A stretch of 64,000 nucleotides of DNA from Pachysolen tannophilus NRRL Y-2460. Taxonomy: Eukaryota. This document shows positions 34,837 to 46,302 of the stretch, one piece after another. The DNA lies in contig KV454013.1 in assembly GCA_001661245.1 (NCBI GenBank), positions 439,981 through 503,980 of the forward strand, read 5' to 3'. Positions within the stretch are counted from its first letter, which is position 1, and the number at the start of each line of letters is the position of its first letter. A program made the position numbers and the translations under genes. Under the pieces are notes generated by a model. That model ran no database searches and had not been told where the DNA came from. It worked only from the letters and a program-made list of their open reading frames with translations.

Positions 34837-35023
34837 ATATATACCTTTAAATATTATGTATTTAGTTATATCTTGATGATTAAATCGTTATCGCATAGTA
34901 ATTTGAACTATCTTAGTCTTTAAAAATCAGCCGCGCGGCTGAAATGGAAATTTTTGTTCACATATAATTGAAGAGCTTCTTTTATTGCAAATGACATCAA
35001 TTCTTTCTGTGCTAAAGCAATAG

Positions 35024-36319
35024 ATGTTGAAGTTTGAAGAATATCTAGTTGACAGTTTTAACGTGTTTGATTTCAGTTGTAATGTGGACTTGCTGAAACA
35101 AATTTTAAATATAATAGCTCCTGATTTTAAAGGTAATTTAACCGAAGAACTTTTTGTGAATAATGAATTGGCTATTCTAGGATCTGGTAAGGAATTATGG
35201 CAACAGTTTTACCTCAAGGATTTGAAGACAATGCAAATTGTTTGTTCATTTAGGATAATAGTTAAAAATGGGTTTAAAGTTGTAAAGTGTAAGAAACAGT
35301 CGGATGGTAAAGTGAAATTTTTATTGATGACCCTAGTGCATACACATCCTGACTATAGAAAGATGGGACTTCTCCAACGCTTTATCTCTTCAGTAATGGA
35401 AAATTATCAAAATGAACTTCTGAGTTTGGGTGAAGAAGTTGAATTTTCTTTGCAATCGTTAAAAGAAACAGATTTTGAAATTTATTGGTACTTGTATTCA
35501 GTAATTGATCAATACTACAAGAAATTTGGTTTTCAATCATTTGATATGGAATGGTTGGTATTTGATAAGGTTTACGAGGATGGTTTGATTACATTAGTCG
35601 AGAAGGATAAGAAGGATAAAAGAAATTATAATGATGATATGGAATTGATATCATTACTTTATGCCAAACACTTTCCAAAGACTGTACAGAGATTATTAAC
35701 AAGTGAAAAATATTTGTCATTTGAGAATTTTGAAGGTGATAACAATATTTCTGTTAGTTTTCAAAACCACAGTTTAGACTTTTTCTTTGATAGAGATAAT
35801 TTGATTTGTAACGAATTCAATGCTGGTGAACCAAATAGAGATAGAAGTATAGGTTTAATCATAAAACATTCACACATTGGTAAAGAAACTTTTGTGCTTT
35901 TTTCCTGTGATTTAATATGTTCTGGATTATTGTTATCAAAGCTTTTCACAAATTTAGATTCAAATATTAGGGTTGAAAGAAAACTAATCACTAATGATAT
36001 GGATATAATAGTAAGTCACGTTATCAAGACCTATTTGAAAAATTTCAATTTTTTAGTTAATCATCCAATGTTTGATAAGAATTTTTCCAAAAATTTAAAA
36101 ATTTCCATCACCAAAGCTGATGTTGTTGCAAAAGATAGAGAAACTAAAGATTTTATAGTCAACGAACTACTTAATAATATTTTTTTAAAGAATGGATCAT
36201 GGAAACTAGTTCAAAGTAATGAAACGCATTTTTTGCCCATGATGAAAAAAGCAGATGAAGAATTTGGAAATAAAAATACTTTGAAATGGATAAACAATGG
36301 AATTTGGTGTTTTGGATAA
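35024..36319 (+). CDS. Putative GNAT-family N-acetyltransferase (Lyc1/YGR111W-like)
   Basis: LVHTHPDYRKMGL (acetyl-CoA motif A) and LYSVIDQYYKKFGF (motif B); C-terminal LPMM..WINNGIWCFG. Confidence 0.65.
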   Translation: MLKFEEYLVDSFNVFDFSCNVDLLKQILNIIAPDFKGNLTEELFVNNELAILGSGKELWQQFYLKDLKTMQIVCSFRIIVKNGFKVVKCKKQSDGKVKFLLMTLVHTHPDYRKMGLLQRFISSVMENYQNELLSLGEEVEFSLQSLKETDFEIYWYLYSVIDQYYKKFGFQSFDMEWLVFDKVYEDGLITLVEKDKKDKRNYNDDMELISLLYAKHFPKTVQRLLTSEKYLSFENFEGDNNISVSFQNHSLDFFFDRDNLICNEFNAGEPNRDRSIGLIIKHSHIGKETFVLFSCDLICSGLLLSKLFTNLDSNIRVERKLITNDMDIIVSHVIKTYLKNFNFLVNHPMFDKNFSKNLKISITKADVVAKDRETKDFIVNELLNNIFLKNGSWKLVQSNETHFLPMMKKADEEFGNKNTLKWINNGIWCFG

Positions 36320-36436
36320 TAATTTCAAATAGATTAAGCGTATATTGTCCGTCCAAAAGGATTATTATATATATTAAGCATATTAACCATATTGCAAAAA
36401 AAAGATAATGAAGCATATCTATTAAGCGTAAATTAG

Positions 36437-37462
36437 CTAATGTTTTATACCACTTTCCCAAACTTCACCAAAATGGCTACCTAAAAACTCTTGAGCTTCT
36501 TGAAAAATCTTAGTATCTTCCTCAAATGTCTTATTTTTAACTTTCCAGTACTGCGCTAATGCATCTTTCAATTCGTATAAAGTACTAGCACCTAAGACAG
36601 TTGAACCTTGTTTTCCTGACCAATTTTGAATAGCAAATCTTGTGGCTACATCTGCTAACTCCATATTATATTTCTCTTTTAAGTATACGGCCAATTCTTT
36701 GCATTTTTGATTCAATTCTGGAGAACAAGGATGGAATGATTTTGTTCCTTGAGAACGTAATAATGACATTGAAAGAATTGAACCGTTATTCAACTTTTTC
36801 AAATTTGCATTATTCATAAATTTGTCATAATAATGTAACAACTTGGTATTTTGTAAACACATATTGGAATAAGATAAAACTGAATCCAAACTTCCAATTA
36901 AAGGATCATCAACACATGCCAATGCAATCTTGTACAAAAATTCAACTGGATAACCACTAATACCAAAATTCTTTATCAACCCTTTATCTTTTAATTTTCT
37001 CATTTCCCTCAAAGCAACTATGATCTTATCTTCTTCAACAAATTCGATATCATGAAGATGTAATAAGTCAATGTAAGAAGTATGTAACCTTTCCAAAGAA
37101 TTCGCAACTGATTTGTTAATCCATTCAGGTGAATACTCAAACTCATCCAATTGGATTCTACCAACTTTGGTACATATATAAAAATGTTCCCTATGAATTT
37201 CACCATTGAGAATCAATTTATTCAAAGATTTCCCCAATAACACTTCAGAAGGTCCATAATAAGGTGAAGTATCCAACGCGTTGATCCCAAGATTAAAAGC
37301 ATACAAGAGCATATGGTCAATATCCATTGCTTCTGGATCGTTATTGTACTGAGTGTTAAAAACAGCTCCACCCATTATTAATTCAGAAATATCCGATAAG
37401 TCACCCTTCACTGGAACACCAGACAGGCCAATTGGCTTTATAATAGATTCATCAATCGTCAT
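36437..37462 (-). CDS. ARA2: D-arabinose 1-dehydrogenase (aldo-keto reductase family)
   Basis: LIMGGAVFN, DTSPYYGPSE, ICTKVGRI, LHDIEF, GISGYP, FHPCS, WESGI. First ATG at 37462. Confidence 0.88.
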   Translation of the reverse strand: MTIDESIIKPIGLSGVPVKGDLSDISELIMGGAVFNTQYNNDPEAMDIDHMLLYAFNLGINALDTSPYYGPSEVLLGKSLNKLILNGEIHREHFYICTKVGRIQLDEFEYSPEWINKSVANSLERLHTSYIDLLHLHDIEFVEEDKIIVALREMRKLKDKGLIKNFGISGYPVEFLYKIALACVDDPLIGSLDSVLSYSNMCLQNTKLLHYYDKFMNNANLKKLNNGSILSMSLLRSQGTKSFHPCSPELNQKCKELAVYLKEKYNMELADVATRFAIQNWSGKQGSTVLGASTLYELKDALAQYWKVKNKTFEEDTKIFQEAQEFLGSHFGEVWESGIKH

Positions 37463-37617
37463 TGTACCTAGATTACCCAACAATTACTAATAATTTATAA
37501 GTATATTTATTGATTGGTGAAGTTTTAGTGAAAAAAAAAAAATAAAGTGAAAATAGTTTCTTGCTAAATGATCTTATCTATCAGTTCAACTAATAAAAAG
37601 AACAATTAAAGTGAAAA

Positions 37618-38218
37618 ATGGCTCCATATAATAATTTTAAAAAGAGAAAAGCATTCCAAGCTGAAGAGGTTAAGAATAATGTTACAATTGATGTAAGTAT
37701 CGATATTATTTGACTAATATTGATTAAAAAGAGTTTTATTATTAACATTATATAATAAGATCGGTAAAAATAAACAAGTCTCAGTAAGACGATACAATGG
37801 TGTTAATTTAGTAGATATCAGAGAATACTATCTAGACAAAGCTTCTGGAGAATTGAGACCGGGGAAAAAGGGTATATCATTGACAGAAGAGTCCTGGAAC
37901 TTATTAGTCGAAAATCAATCAAAGATTGAAGATGCATTATTGGAATTAAATGGTGGTACGAAAAAGCCAAAAATAAGTAAGGATACCGTAGATGAAGAGG
38001 ACGAAAAGGAAATTGAAAGAGAAGTTGAAGAGGAGTTAAAAAGACAAGAAGAAGAACAAGTTGATGAAGAAGAAGAAAAACCAGAGTACCCAGAAAAAGA
38101 TTACGAAGACTCCGAGGATGATGAAGAAGAAGATGACGATAATTTTGAGGATGAAAATGGTGGTGACGATGATGGGGAGGAAGAAGAAGAAGAAGAAGAA
38201 TCAAACTTTGAAGATTAA
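37618..38218 (+). CDS. SUB1: Transcriptional coactivator PC4/Sub1 with acidic tail; 2 exons
   Basis: join(37618..37692,37760..38218). [48 protein letters not shown] is the PC4 ssDNA-binding domain. Intron GTAAGT..TATTAAC..AAG, phase 0. Confidence 0.9.
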
Positions 38219-38508
38219 ATTCTTTATAAACTTTCAATTACGGTTCTTCTTCTTCTTTTTTTTTTTTTTTTTTTTTTTTGGTCTTTTATTTTTGTTGCTG
38301 CTGATTGCTGCTGATGTTTTTATTGCTTTAAAACTGTTATTTCTTTTAAGTTTAACTTCATTTCTTTTTCAATGAAAAATGGATTTTTTTTTCTCTTCAT
38401 TAGAAAGGTGAGCTGCTACACTAAAGATTAGAGTAAAATGTAGAAAATCAATGTCCTTATTATTAACAAATTTTATAATATACAAAAAAGAACTCTAAAC
38501 AAGAAAGA

Positions 38509-41500
38509 TTAAGTAAGACCTGAAACTCTCTTAGCATAGACATAACATGTAAACGCTAATAAACACATACACAGAAATATACCAAAGAACCAATGTAAAC
38601 CATCTTCATCCTGACCCGGAACAAGTACATTCATTCCCCATAATCCTGTTATTATATTCATTGGTAATACAACAGTACCCAATATGGTTATTTTTCCCAA
38701 GACATCATTCATGTCATTGTTAACCCTTGTCATATCAATATTAATTTGGGCTAAATAATTTGAATGTGATCTTGCTAAAAGTTTCTCGTAATGATTCAAA
38801 GATTGAACCATAGTTACTATATGATCTTGAATATCACCTAAATACATCCCGATCTCTGATCTAGGAGCAACTTCCCATTGCTCGTTGCACCTCTTTGCAA
38901 ATCCTTTAATAACATCAGCTTTTGAACCAAGTAAACGCAAGATCGACATCACACGCTTACGACATTCACCAATTCTTCTTAACATATCTCCCTTATGCTC
39001 CCACCCTGTGATTTTTGTTGATGAAGAAGAAGTGGAAGAGATTAATGAAGCCTGCGACTTCGAAGAAACTGAACGACGTGAACGCTTGGATAAAAGAGAC
39101 GTTTTATCAGAGGTTGAATGAGTCTTTTTGCCATTAGCACCATCATTATACCAAAACGGTTCAATCAGAGATTCGTCGTCAGATTCTGAATCACTAGAAT
39201 ACTCTTCATCAGAATCATCCGAGTCATGGCTATTCATCTTTAAAATAGAATCCTCAATAGCATTAACTTCATCTTCAATACTTTCTATCATTGGAGCAAA
39301 AGCATCTGTAATATCATCGATCAACGCATAGCCGATCCAGTCGGCGCTAACAGTTAGATAGTCCCTTAATAATCTTGCCCTTCTTCTAACATTCACAGGA
39401 TGCGGGGTCGGCGCAAAATGAAACGTTAAAACGGCATCTCTAAAAACAATAATATACATATTTAAAGGCTCTAATTCACCTTCTCTTGGTTTATGTCTAT
39501 ATCCTCCTTTTTGTTTATTTTCCTTTACTATTAATTCCTTTTGCTTTCTCGCAGGTCCATCTGAAAAAATTGAAGATTTCACAGATGATGGTTTTGAATG
39601 ACGAGAAATATTATTATTTGAAGCTTTTTCTTTTAGAAAAAACAATTTCCTAATCGCTTTTTTAATACCAGATTTATTAGCTTGATGATCACGTTCATCA
39701 TCAGATATATCATTATTAATTTCCTTACTTGTTAATTTTTTTTCTATTAATTTTTTTTGCTTATATCTTTCATGGACTATGTCAAAAGACCTAAAACAGA
39801 CCAAGTAATAATCTTTGAAAAGTTCCACTTTTTCTCTTGTCTCACCCAAATAGATATCCTCTGTTGTCAATGGATGAATATTGAATGCCTTTGACAAAAC
39901 TTTCATTTCTTCTTCAGTAGGATTTAAAACATCTAACCAGAAAGGTGAAACACCTCCCAATTCATCTTGATCCTTGATATTAACAGAAGGGGTTGGTGTT
40001 TTATAATTACTAGGAGTATTTGATTTAGAGTTTTGATTTTGTTGTAATGGAGGTTGCTGGGAAGAAGAATTCGTTAAAGTGTGTTCTAATCCATCAGAGG
40101 CACTCATTGATGCTTGCTTATTATAACTCATGGAACCATAATGTGAAGCTGAAAACAAATCTGCAAATGATTGTCCCTCTTGTAGTAAACCACTAATAGT
40201 AGGTGAATGAATGGTTGATTCCAAATCTTCTCTAAAATAAGTAAAGCGAAACTGTTCAATTAAGTTCTTTGAGTAATCAAAGTTGTTATTAATATTTGCA
40301 CCGAGTACTTGTGGGGGTAGTGGCGACGCTTGCTTTTGTGGTTTTCTTTCCCATGGAACAACTTTAGGTGGTCTTAATCTACCGTTTATCGGTTCAGTCT
40401 CATTTATTCTTAATTTTGAAGACGATAAAACATTAGTGTCAACGGCGGAAACTATAGGATTTTGGAACCCCACAATATTATTATTGCCACTGTAGCTACT
40501 GGTACTAGATTTTCTTGTAAACCCAGTATGCTCTTGTTGCTGTTGGTAATCGGTGGTATTGATTTTAGAAGCTTCTTCTAGTTGTTCGAGCTCCTCGCGA
40601 GCAAATTCCTCCAAAACTTTCAAGTCTGGCCAAACTTTTTGATGACCTTGTTCATCTAATTCTTCCAATGGGAAACATACATCATCCAATGAAGAAGCAT
40701 TTGATGATCCTCTAGAACTCGGATTAGAGCCACTAAACTCAAACTCATCTGAAGATGATGAACAGCGGGCATCTTGTTGAGGGGGATTTATATCCTCGTA
40801 TTCAGGTTCAAATTGTGGTTCAAAAGAATTCTCAAACCTAAGGTGATGAGGAGAACGGTTATGACGGTAGATTTCAAAACTGGCCTTATTCTGGGGTTCT
40901 TGTCCTGTTGATCCATATCCAGAAACACCCGTTGCAGTGGCTGGCTTAGTATCAGCTGCCGAAAAATTACCATGATTAGCGCTGCTACTTCCTGACTTTA
41001 GATGTTTAGATTCCCGCTGTTGCAATGATGCACCTCCATTATCGGAAATGTCAGGAGTAGAAGAATCACCATCGTTCAGAAAATCGCGTTTATCAATTGA
41101 AGATTGTCTTCTAACCCACTGTTCTGCGAAAGTAGGCCTAGTTGCATGTTTTGGGATATATTTTGAAGTCTTTGAAGTAGTTTTCGAGGATGGTAAAGCA
41201 GTTTCATGTGACACACTGGAAAGCAGAGGAGGAGAAACAATAGTTGTTCCCAGCAGGTGAGATTTTGACTTGAATCTCGAAGTGTTTCTATTTCCCAGAC
41301 GACTAAAGTTTGTATGATCTATAAAAGCCCCTACAGCACTTCCTATATTAGCAGAACTTATTGAAGAATCAGAAAAATCTGTATGCAAAATCCCCAAGGC
41401 ATCAACTTCGCCTTCAGCGTCGTTTTTGTTATTGTTCTTTCTAAAACTTGAATAAGATGGGTTAACCCCCAGTCCTTTGGGATGTGGACTAGGCAAATCT

Positions 41501-41790
41501 AACGGGAGGTATTTTGCATCATTTAAAGTTGAATTTCGTCTTGAAAGATGCTGAGGTGAACTATGCAAAAAAGAAGTTCCAAAACTTGCTCTTCTCTTAA
41601 CTCTATGATGATTACTACTTGGTCTATGGCCATGACTATGGCCATGTACATTTTCTTCATGATCACCTCCATGATCACCTATATTTTCATTACTTCTATG
41701 ATTACTATGACTCTTATCATCGTTATCATTGTTATTGTTGACTGGTAATAGAGGATCAACTTCCTCGTCCTGATTATTTGAAGCAGACAT
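38509..41790 (-). CDS. MNR2: CorA-family Mg2+ transporter, vacuolar Mnr2 type
   Basis: FWLDVLNPTEEEMKVL, IHPLTTEDI, IDDITDAFAP, NDMNDVLGKITILGT, GLWGMNV signature and two C-terminal TM helices. Confidence 0.85.
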   Translation of the reverse strand: MSASNNQDEEVDPLLPVNNNNDNDDKSHSNHRSNENIGDHGGDHEENVHGHSHGHRPSSNHHRVKRRASFGTSFLHSSPQHLSRRNSTLNDAKYLPLDLPSPHPKGLGVNPSYSSFRKNNNKNDAEGEVDALGILHTDFSDSSISSANIGSAVGAFIDHTNFSRLGNRNTSRFKSKSHLLGTTIVSPPLLSSVSHETALPSSKTTSKTSKYIPKHATRPTFAEQWVRRQSSIDKRDFLNDGDSSTPDISDNGGASLQQRESKHLKSGSSSANHGNFSAADTKPATATGVSGYGSTGQEPQNKASFEIYRHNRSPHHLRFENSFEPQFEPEYEDINPPQQDARCSSSSDEFEFSGSNPSSRGSSNASSLDDVCFPLEELDEQGHQKVWPDLKVLEEFAREELEQLEEASKINTTDYQQQQEHTGFTRKSSTSSYSGNNNIVGFQNPIVSAVDTNVLSSSKLRINETEPINGRLRPPKVVPWERKPQKQASPLPPQVLGANINNNFDYSKNLIEQFRFTYFREDLESTIHSPTISGLLQEGQSFADLFSASHYGSMSYNKQASMSASDGLEHTLTNSSSQQPPLQQNQNSKSNTPSNYKTPTPSVNIKDQDELGGVSPFWLDVLNPTEEEMKVLSKAFNIHPLTTEDIYLGETREKVELFKDYYLVCFRSFDIVHERYKQKKLIEKKLTSKEINNDISDDERDHQANKSGIKKAIRKLFFLKEKASNNNISRHSKPSSVKSSIFSDGPARKQKELIVKENKQKGGYRHKPREGELEPLNMYIIVFRDAVLTFHFAPTPHPVNVRRRARLLRDYLTVSADWIGYALIDDITDAFAPMIESIEDEVNAIEDSILKMNSHDSDDSDEEYSSDSESDDESLIEPFWYNDGANGKKTHSTSDKTSLLSKRSRRSVSSKSQASLISSTSSSSTKITGWEHKGDMLRRIGECRKRVMSILRLLGSKADVIKGFAKRCNEQWEVAPRSEIGMYLGDIQDHIVTMVQSLNHYEKLLARSHSNYLAQINIDMTRVNNDMNDVLGKITILGTVVLPMNIITGLWGMNVLVPGQDEDGLHWFFGIFLCMCLLAFTCYVYAKRVSGLT

Positions 41791-42239
41791 CTTTAACCTT
41801 ATACAATAACCAATTTATTATTCTCTTTTCGAATAAATTATAACTAAATTGATCAAATGACCATGAGCAAACAATCCTTAGGCTATATTATACTTTAAAT
41901 AATAATATTATTAATTACTTTGCTTGTCTTGCTTGTCTTGCTTGTATCAATATATATAGCAATTTAAAACATTTATACGATTTTTTCTGTCCTGTTTTTC
42001 CCATATGATGCAGCGGCGGTGACCCTGTTCTTTTAGCCGCAAAGCAGAACCCTTGGTAGCTAAAAGGTCCTATCCTAAGGTTTACAGTAAGAAAGATATC
42101 GGCTTCAAGGCTAAGTGAAGGTTGCAAAAATTAGGCTGCCTCTCAAGACTTGATCTAGTGATCTGGAAAGATAAGGATATCGGTTTATAGTATATTAGAT
42201 ATCTTTGATGATTTCTAATTTGATGTATAGTTAACACTC

Positions 42240-42426
42240 TACACCACTATCACACCACTGTAATACCACAAAGTACTGAATACACCCTGCACCAAGTTTT
42301 TATTAGCTCCTACACCAGATCTTACACCAGCTCCTACACCAAATCCTACACCACACCTTGCACCACTCTTTGGCATTTCAAAATACTTTCTACATCACTT
42401 ACACCACATAGTTTACCTCGTACACC
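42240..42426 (+). repeat. Intergenic array of (T/C)RCACC motifs, including five 12-bp units at 42305-42364
   Basis: agctcctacacc agatcttacacc agctcctacacc aaatcctacacc acaccttgcacc plus further scattered copies, all on one strand. Confidence 0.8.
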
Positions 42427-42562
42427 TTTTCTTCTTCAAAGATTGATGGATTGATTAATATATCTATTTTACATTTTATTTTTATTAAGATTATACAAAA
42501 GGAAAAAACTCCATAAGTTAAAAGCATGAAAAAGAAATAATAATAATAATAATACAAATTGC

Positions 42563-44710
42563 TTAGTTAATTGGAACTAGGTAATTACTTGGAGCTACAC
42601 CGACAGCTCCATCGCCGTTCAAGACTTCGCATTCCCACCAACCGTCTTCTTCTTCTATTCCCAAGACTAGCATAATATCTCTTTTCTTAAAGGAGAGTTC
42701 TTCGGGTTCTCTGGCTTTGTAAGTATATCTTGCTCTACAGTATCGTATGATTGGCTTTCCTGTGGCTGGTCCTCTTAATGGCAACCCATCATCTCTCAGT
42801 AGCGGTTGATGAACTATCGGTGTATTTTTTTTATTGGAAGCAATGGCATCATAAACCATTGATTTGGGTCTTGATTGATGTTTTTGTTCCGGTGAGTCTT
42901 TCAATAAATTGGCATAGGCATTTGAAGCAATATATTGAGATCTCGATCTATGTGGTGGTTCTTGTAACAGCAGCATTTGTTGCATGTGCTGTTTCTGCTG
43001 TTTCTGCTGCTTATGAGGAGATGAGGGTGCTCCAGAAATACCTCGTATAGATTGTCTTAAAACATTCATATCTCCGTTTCCTCCCATTTTCAAATCCTCC
43101 AATGCAGACCTCAACCTATCAGTACCAAACGACAGATCGATCATTGCATCCTCTGCTGATTCATCGGTATGTTTTTTAAGAAACTCATTTTTCCCTTCTT
43201 TATCATTGTTTAATGAGGAAAAAGCTGGTAAGGAAATTGCACTATTTCTAATTCTGTGTTGCTGATCCATATTCACGTTATTACTAGGGTTTGCAAAATC
43301 AGCTGAAATTTGGGAATTTCTATTTCTTAGTCTTCTTGGTGAATTCCAATGCTTACCGTTCTTATAACTTCCATTTCCAGAAGATACTGTTGTTGGATCA
43401 GAATAATGACTGTTAGCTGGGTAAGCAGAGCTTGAAACCGATACTGGGGATATTCCAGAAGAAGCCTCAGATCTAGGTGGTTCTAATCTTGTATTTTCAT
43501 TTTCGATAAATGTACATGCATCGCTCTCTTGCTCATTATGTGATTGCAGATTTAACATTTTAATATTTTCCAGATGTCTTACCTCAAACGTTATTTTCGA
43601 ATTTTCCTTTTCACTCAATTGAGGTGGAGTTGGCCTACGAGTAATCTTAACAGTAGTTGAAGAAGGACTAGCTTGTACAGCTGTGGCATCAGATCTGAAA
43701 TTAGCATATGTAATTTCATTGGACTCTTCTCTCTTATGATTTCTTTCTCCATTGAGATAGTCAATGAATTTAGGAGCAGGATGTATTTCATTTCCAGTAC
43801 CGTACAATCTTGTAAATTCTGCAATCTCTGCTTTAGCGTCACATTTTTCTAAACTCAATCTCACATTTTCACATGAATTATCATCAGATAAACAGGAAGC
43901 TGAGATCAAATTGACGTATTGCCAGACATTTGATCTTAAAAATTTTATTCTTTCTTCTTCTAATTCCTGAAATTTGACAAGAGCTAATCTCCACTCTCTG
44001 ATCCAGCGTTCGTGTATTTCATTAGATTCCTTTACACATTCGTAATACTCATGACGATATGATTGAACAAGTTGGTTAGATTTTTCAGCTTTTGATGCTA
44101 ATTTTTCTAATTCTTTACCATCCAATAAATGTTGCTGAGCATAATAGCTTCTGACTTTACCGCTCTCTAGTTCATATTTTTGTCTTGAATGTTCTAATTT
44201 ATTTGCAAGAGCATCTTTATATTTTTTCAATTTGTCAATATTAGCCTCTATAGTTTTCCTATTAGCCTTGAACGACGAAATGAAGTTTTCCAATGGTTTA
44301 TATACTTCGTTCACAAGCAGATTAGCCTGTGTGGAGTGGGATTTGGAGATTTGTTGAGTTTCTATTCTTAGGGTCTCAAAAGAGTCTCTTAAATTACCTA
44401 TTTCTGATGTTCCGATAGTTCTCTTAGCAATGGAATTGATTCTTCTGGAATATTCATCCTCTAATTGAATTCTTTCTTTATAAAAGTTTTGTAATTCCTC
44501 GCATGTTTTCTTACCCCATTGCATTTTTCTTTCCATGACTTCTATGGCTTTGTCATCTTTATCCTAAATATTTGAAATGAAAATAAAAAAATTTTTTTTT
44601 GAAAAAAAAGATGTTAGTACCATAATTAGTTCTTCCTTTCTTCAAAACTTTAGTGTTTTTCAACTTACCCAAAAGTTATTGACAAAAGCATTATCAATAC
44701 TAGCAGCCAT
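42563..44710 (-). CDS. HOF1: F-BAR/SH3 cytokinesis protein; 2 exons
   Basis: complement(join(42563..44563,44669..44710)). Exon 1 MAASIDNAFVNNFW, intron GTAAGT..TACTAAC..TAG. F-BAR (FYKERIQLEDEYS, FQELEEERI, YGTG), RPKS motif, C-terminal SH3 (ELSFKKRD, GWWEC, APSNY). Confidence 0.88.
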
Positions 44711-45008
44711 CTTTACTTTTGACCAAAAAATATAGCTCTAAAAGGTTTTAAAACTTTTTTACTCGTAAATTTCAACTCCGGTATTAATTCTTATTTTTTC
44801 TGAAATATAGAGCGAAAATTTCTAGTTGTAAATACTGAATTCAAACCAGAACTTAGAAAGTAGAAGTAGGATCAAGATTTCAGCAAAAAGTTAGCTTTAC
44901 GAAAAGAAAATGGAATATTTAAATCAAAATCAATACATTGTCAATTTGTAAAAGAAGAAGAGCAAAAGAACTACTAGTACTTTCAGAGAGAAGTGGTTTA
45001 ATTTCATC

Positions 45009-45015
45009 TGTTTAC
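45009..45015 (-). promoter_or_regulatory. Forkhead-like site in the HOF1 promoter
   Basis: TGTTTAC (GTAAACA on minus strand) about 300 bp upstream of a G2/M gene. Confidence 0.35.
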
Positions 45016-45550
45016 ATTTTGCCTGTTTGAGAAACATTTCCTCTTTTGTATAATTGGGGCTATTATACACTACTTATATTGATCAACTGTAAAGTTTATC
45101 AACTTCAGTAAATTCATACAGAGAATGAAGCAGATATCGGTTTGAATGGAGGACTAAAATTATTTAAGCATTAGTAGTTGTACTTCAAAGCAAATTTTTT
45201 TTGGCAAGACATATTATGGTAATACTACAAACCCATAAAAAAATAATTATGGGAAAATGTTGAAAAAAAAATAGCACAATAACGCAATTTATTTAAAAAT
45301 ACATAGTATTCATCAAACCTTTCATTCTCAAAATTTTCATGTTCCCCTGAGATTGCTGATAGCATCTGCAACGTCAAAAACAGTGCCTAGAGCAATTGAA
45401 ACAAAGAAACTTAATGAAAAAAAATCAAATTAAAAAAAATTAATAAAAAATAAAAATGAAAGGAAAGAAAATAGTTAATTTAACTAATCCTTAATAAATA
45501 CATTACCGTTTCCATCTTCCTTCAGTGCTGATTTTTCATTCAGAAAAAAT

Positions 45551-45901
45551 TTAAGCAGCAATAGTAACTTCGACATCTACACCTGGTTCAATAGTGATTT
45601 GGGTGATTTGTTTGACAACTGAAGCTGGAGCTTGTAAATCGATATATCTCTTGTGGATTCTCATTTCATAAGTATCCCAGGTCTTAGAACCTTCACCATT
45701 TGGAGTCTTTCTGGTGTTAATCTTTAAGACTTTAGTTGGCATTCTAACTGGACCTTTCTTGATCAAGTTGTGTCTGTTAGCATTGTTGATAATGTTGTTA
45801 GAAACTTTTTCCAACTGCTTAACCTTGGTGGAGATTAAAGTGATTCTAATCTTGTGAACCTCTGGTTGCTCAACGGATTTTTCGTCTTTGATGTCTGACA
45901 T
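45551..45901 (-). CDS. RPS20: 40S ribosomal protein S20 (uS10)
   Basis: [51 protein letters not shown]. Confidence 0.97.
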   Translation of the reverse strand: MSDIKDEKSVEQPEVHKIRITLISTKVKQLEKVSNNIINNANRHNLIKKGPVRMPTKVLKINTRKTPNGEGSKTWDTYEMRIHKRYIDLQAPASVVKQITQITIEPGVDVEVTIAA

Positions 45902-46078
45902 GGTGATAGTATGTGTTTACTTAAGTTTGACGTTAAGAATCCAAAAAAAATATATATATATTAAAAGGAAACACACATATAATCTTTAATAGTCCATCCT
46001 GCCAGACCTACTAGGTGAAAAAAAAAAAAATTTTTTTTTTTTGTTTCTGGTTGTGTGAAAAAAAACAAAAAAAACGTT

Positions 46079-46120
46079 TTAGGGTTATAACCTAACTAAT
46101 AAAACCTACATCCGTACACC
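46079..46120. promoter_or_regulatory. Tbf1-like near-palindrome plus Rap1-like site in the RPS20 promoter
   Basis: TTAGGGTTATAACCTAA (46079-46095) and ACATCCGTACACC (46108-46120). Confidence 0.6.
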
Positions 46121-46296
46121 TTTTCATTTTTTTCTTGAATCCAAAAAGTAAGTGCATCTAGGTACAAATAGTTTCATTTTCAGTATACCGCATTTCTTTG
46201 GCTATTATGTGCACCTTCAGCTAGCGCAACTTGTACGCACTTGCTAAAGTGTTATTTTTTTTCGTTTTTATTGTCCGCAGATTTCCTCCGGCTATC

Positions 46297-46302
46297 GATA
46301 AG
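46297..46302 (+). promoter_or_regulatory. GATA (nitrogen catabolite) site upstream of URC4
   Basis: GATAAG about 120 bp before the ATG, next to CCG/CGG triplets. Confidence 0.35.

Noticed and set aside
41918..41946. (TTGCTTGTC)x3 upstream of MNR2
   Set aside because: Ordinary short slippage repeat with no evidence of function.
42240..42426. CRISPR-like or LTR interpretation of the ACACC arrays
   Set aside because: Eukaryotic context, units too short, no unique spacers, no TG...CA termini or target-site duplication.
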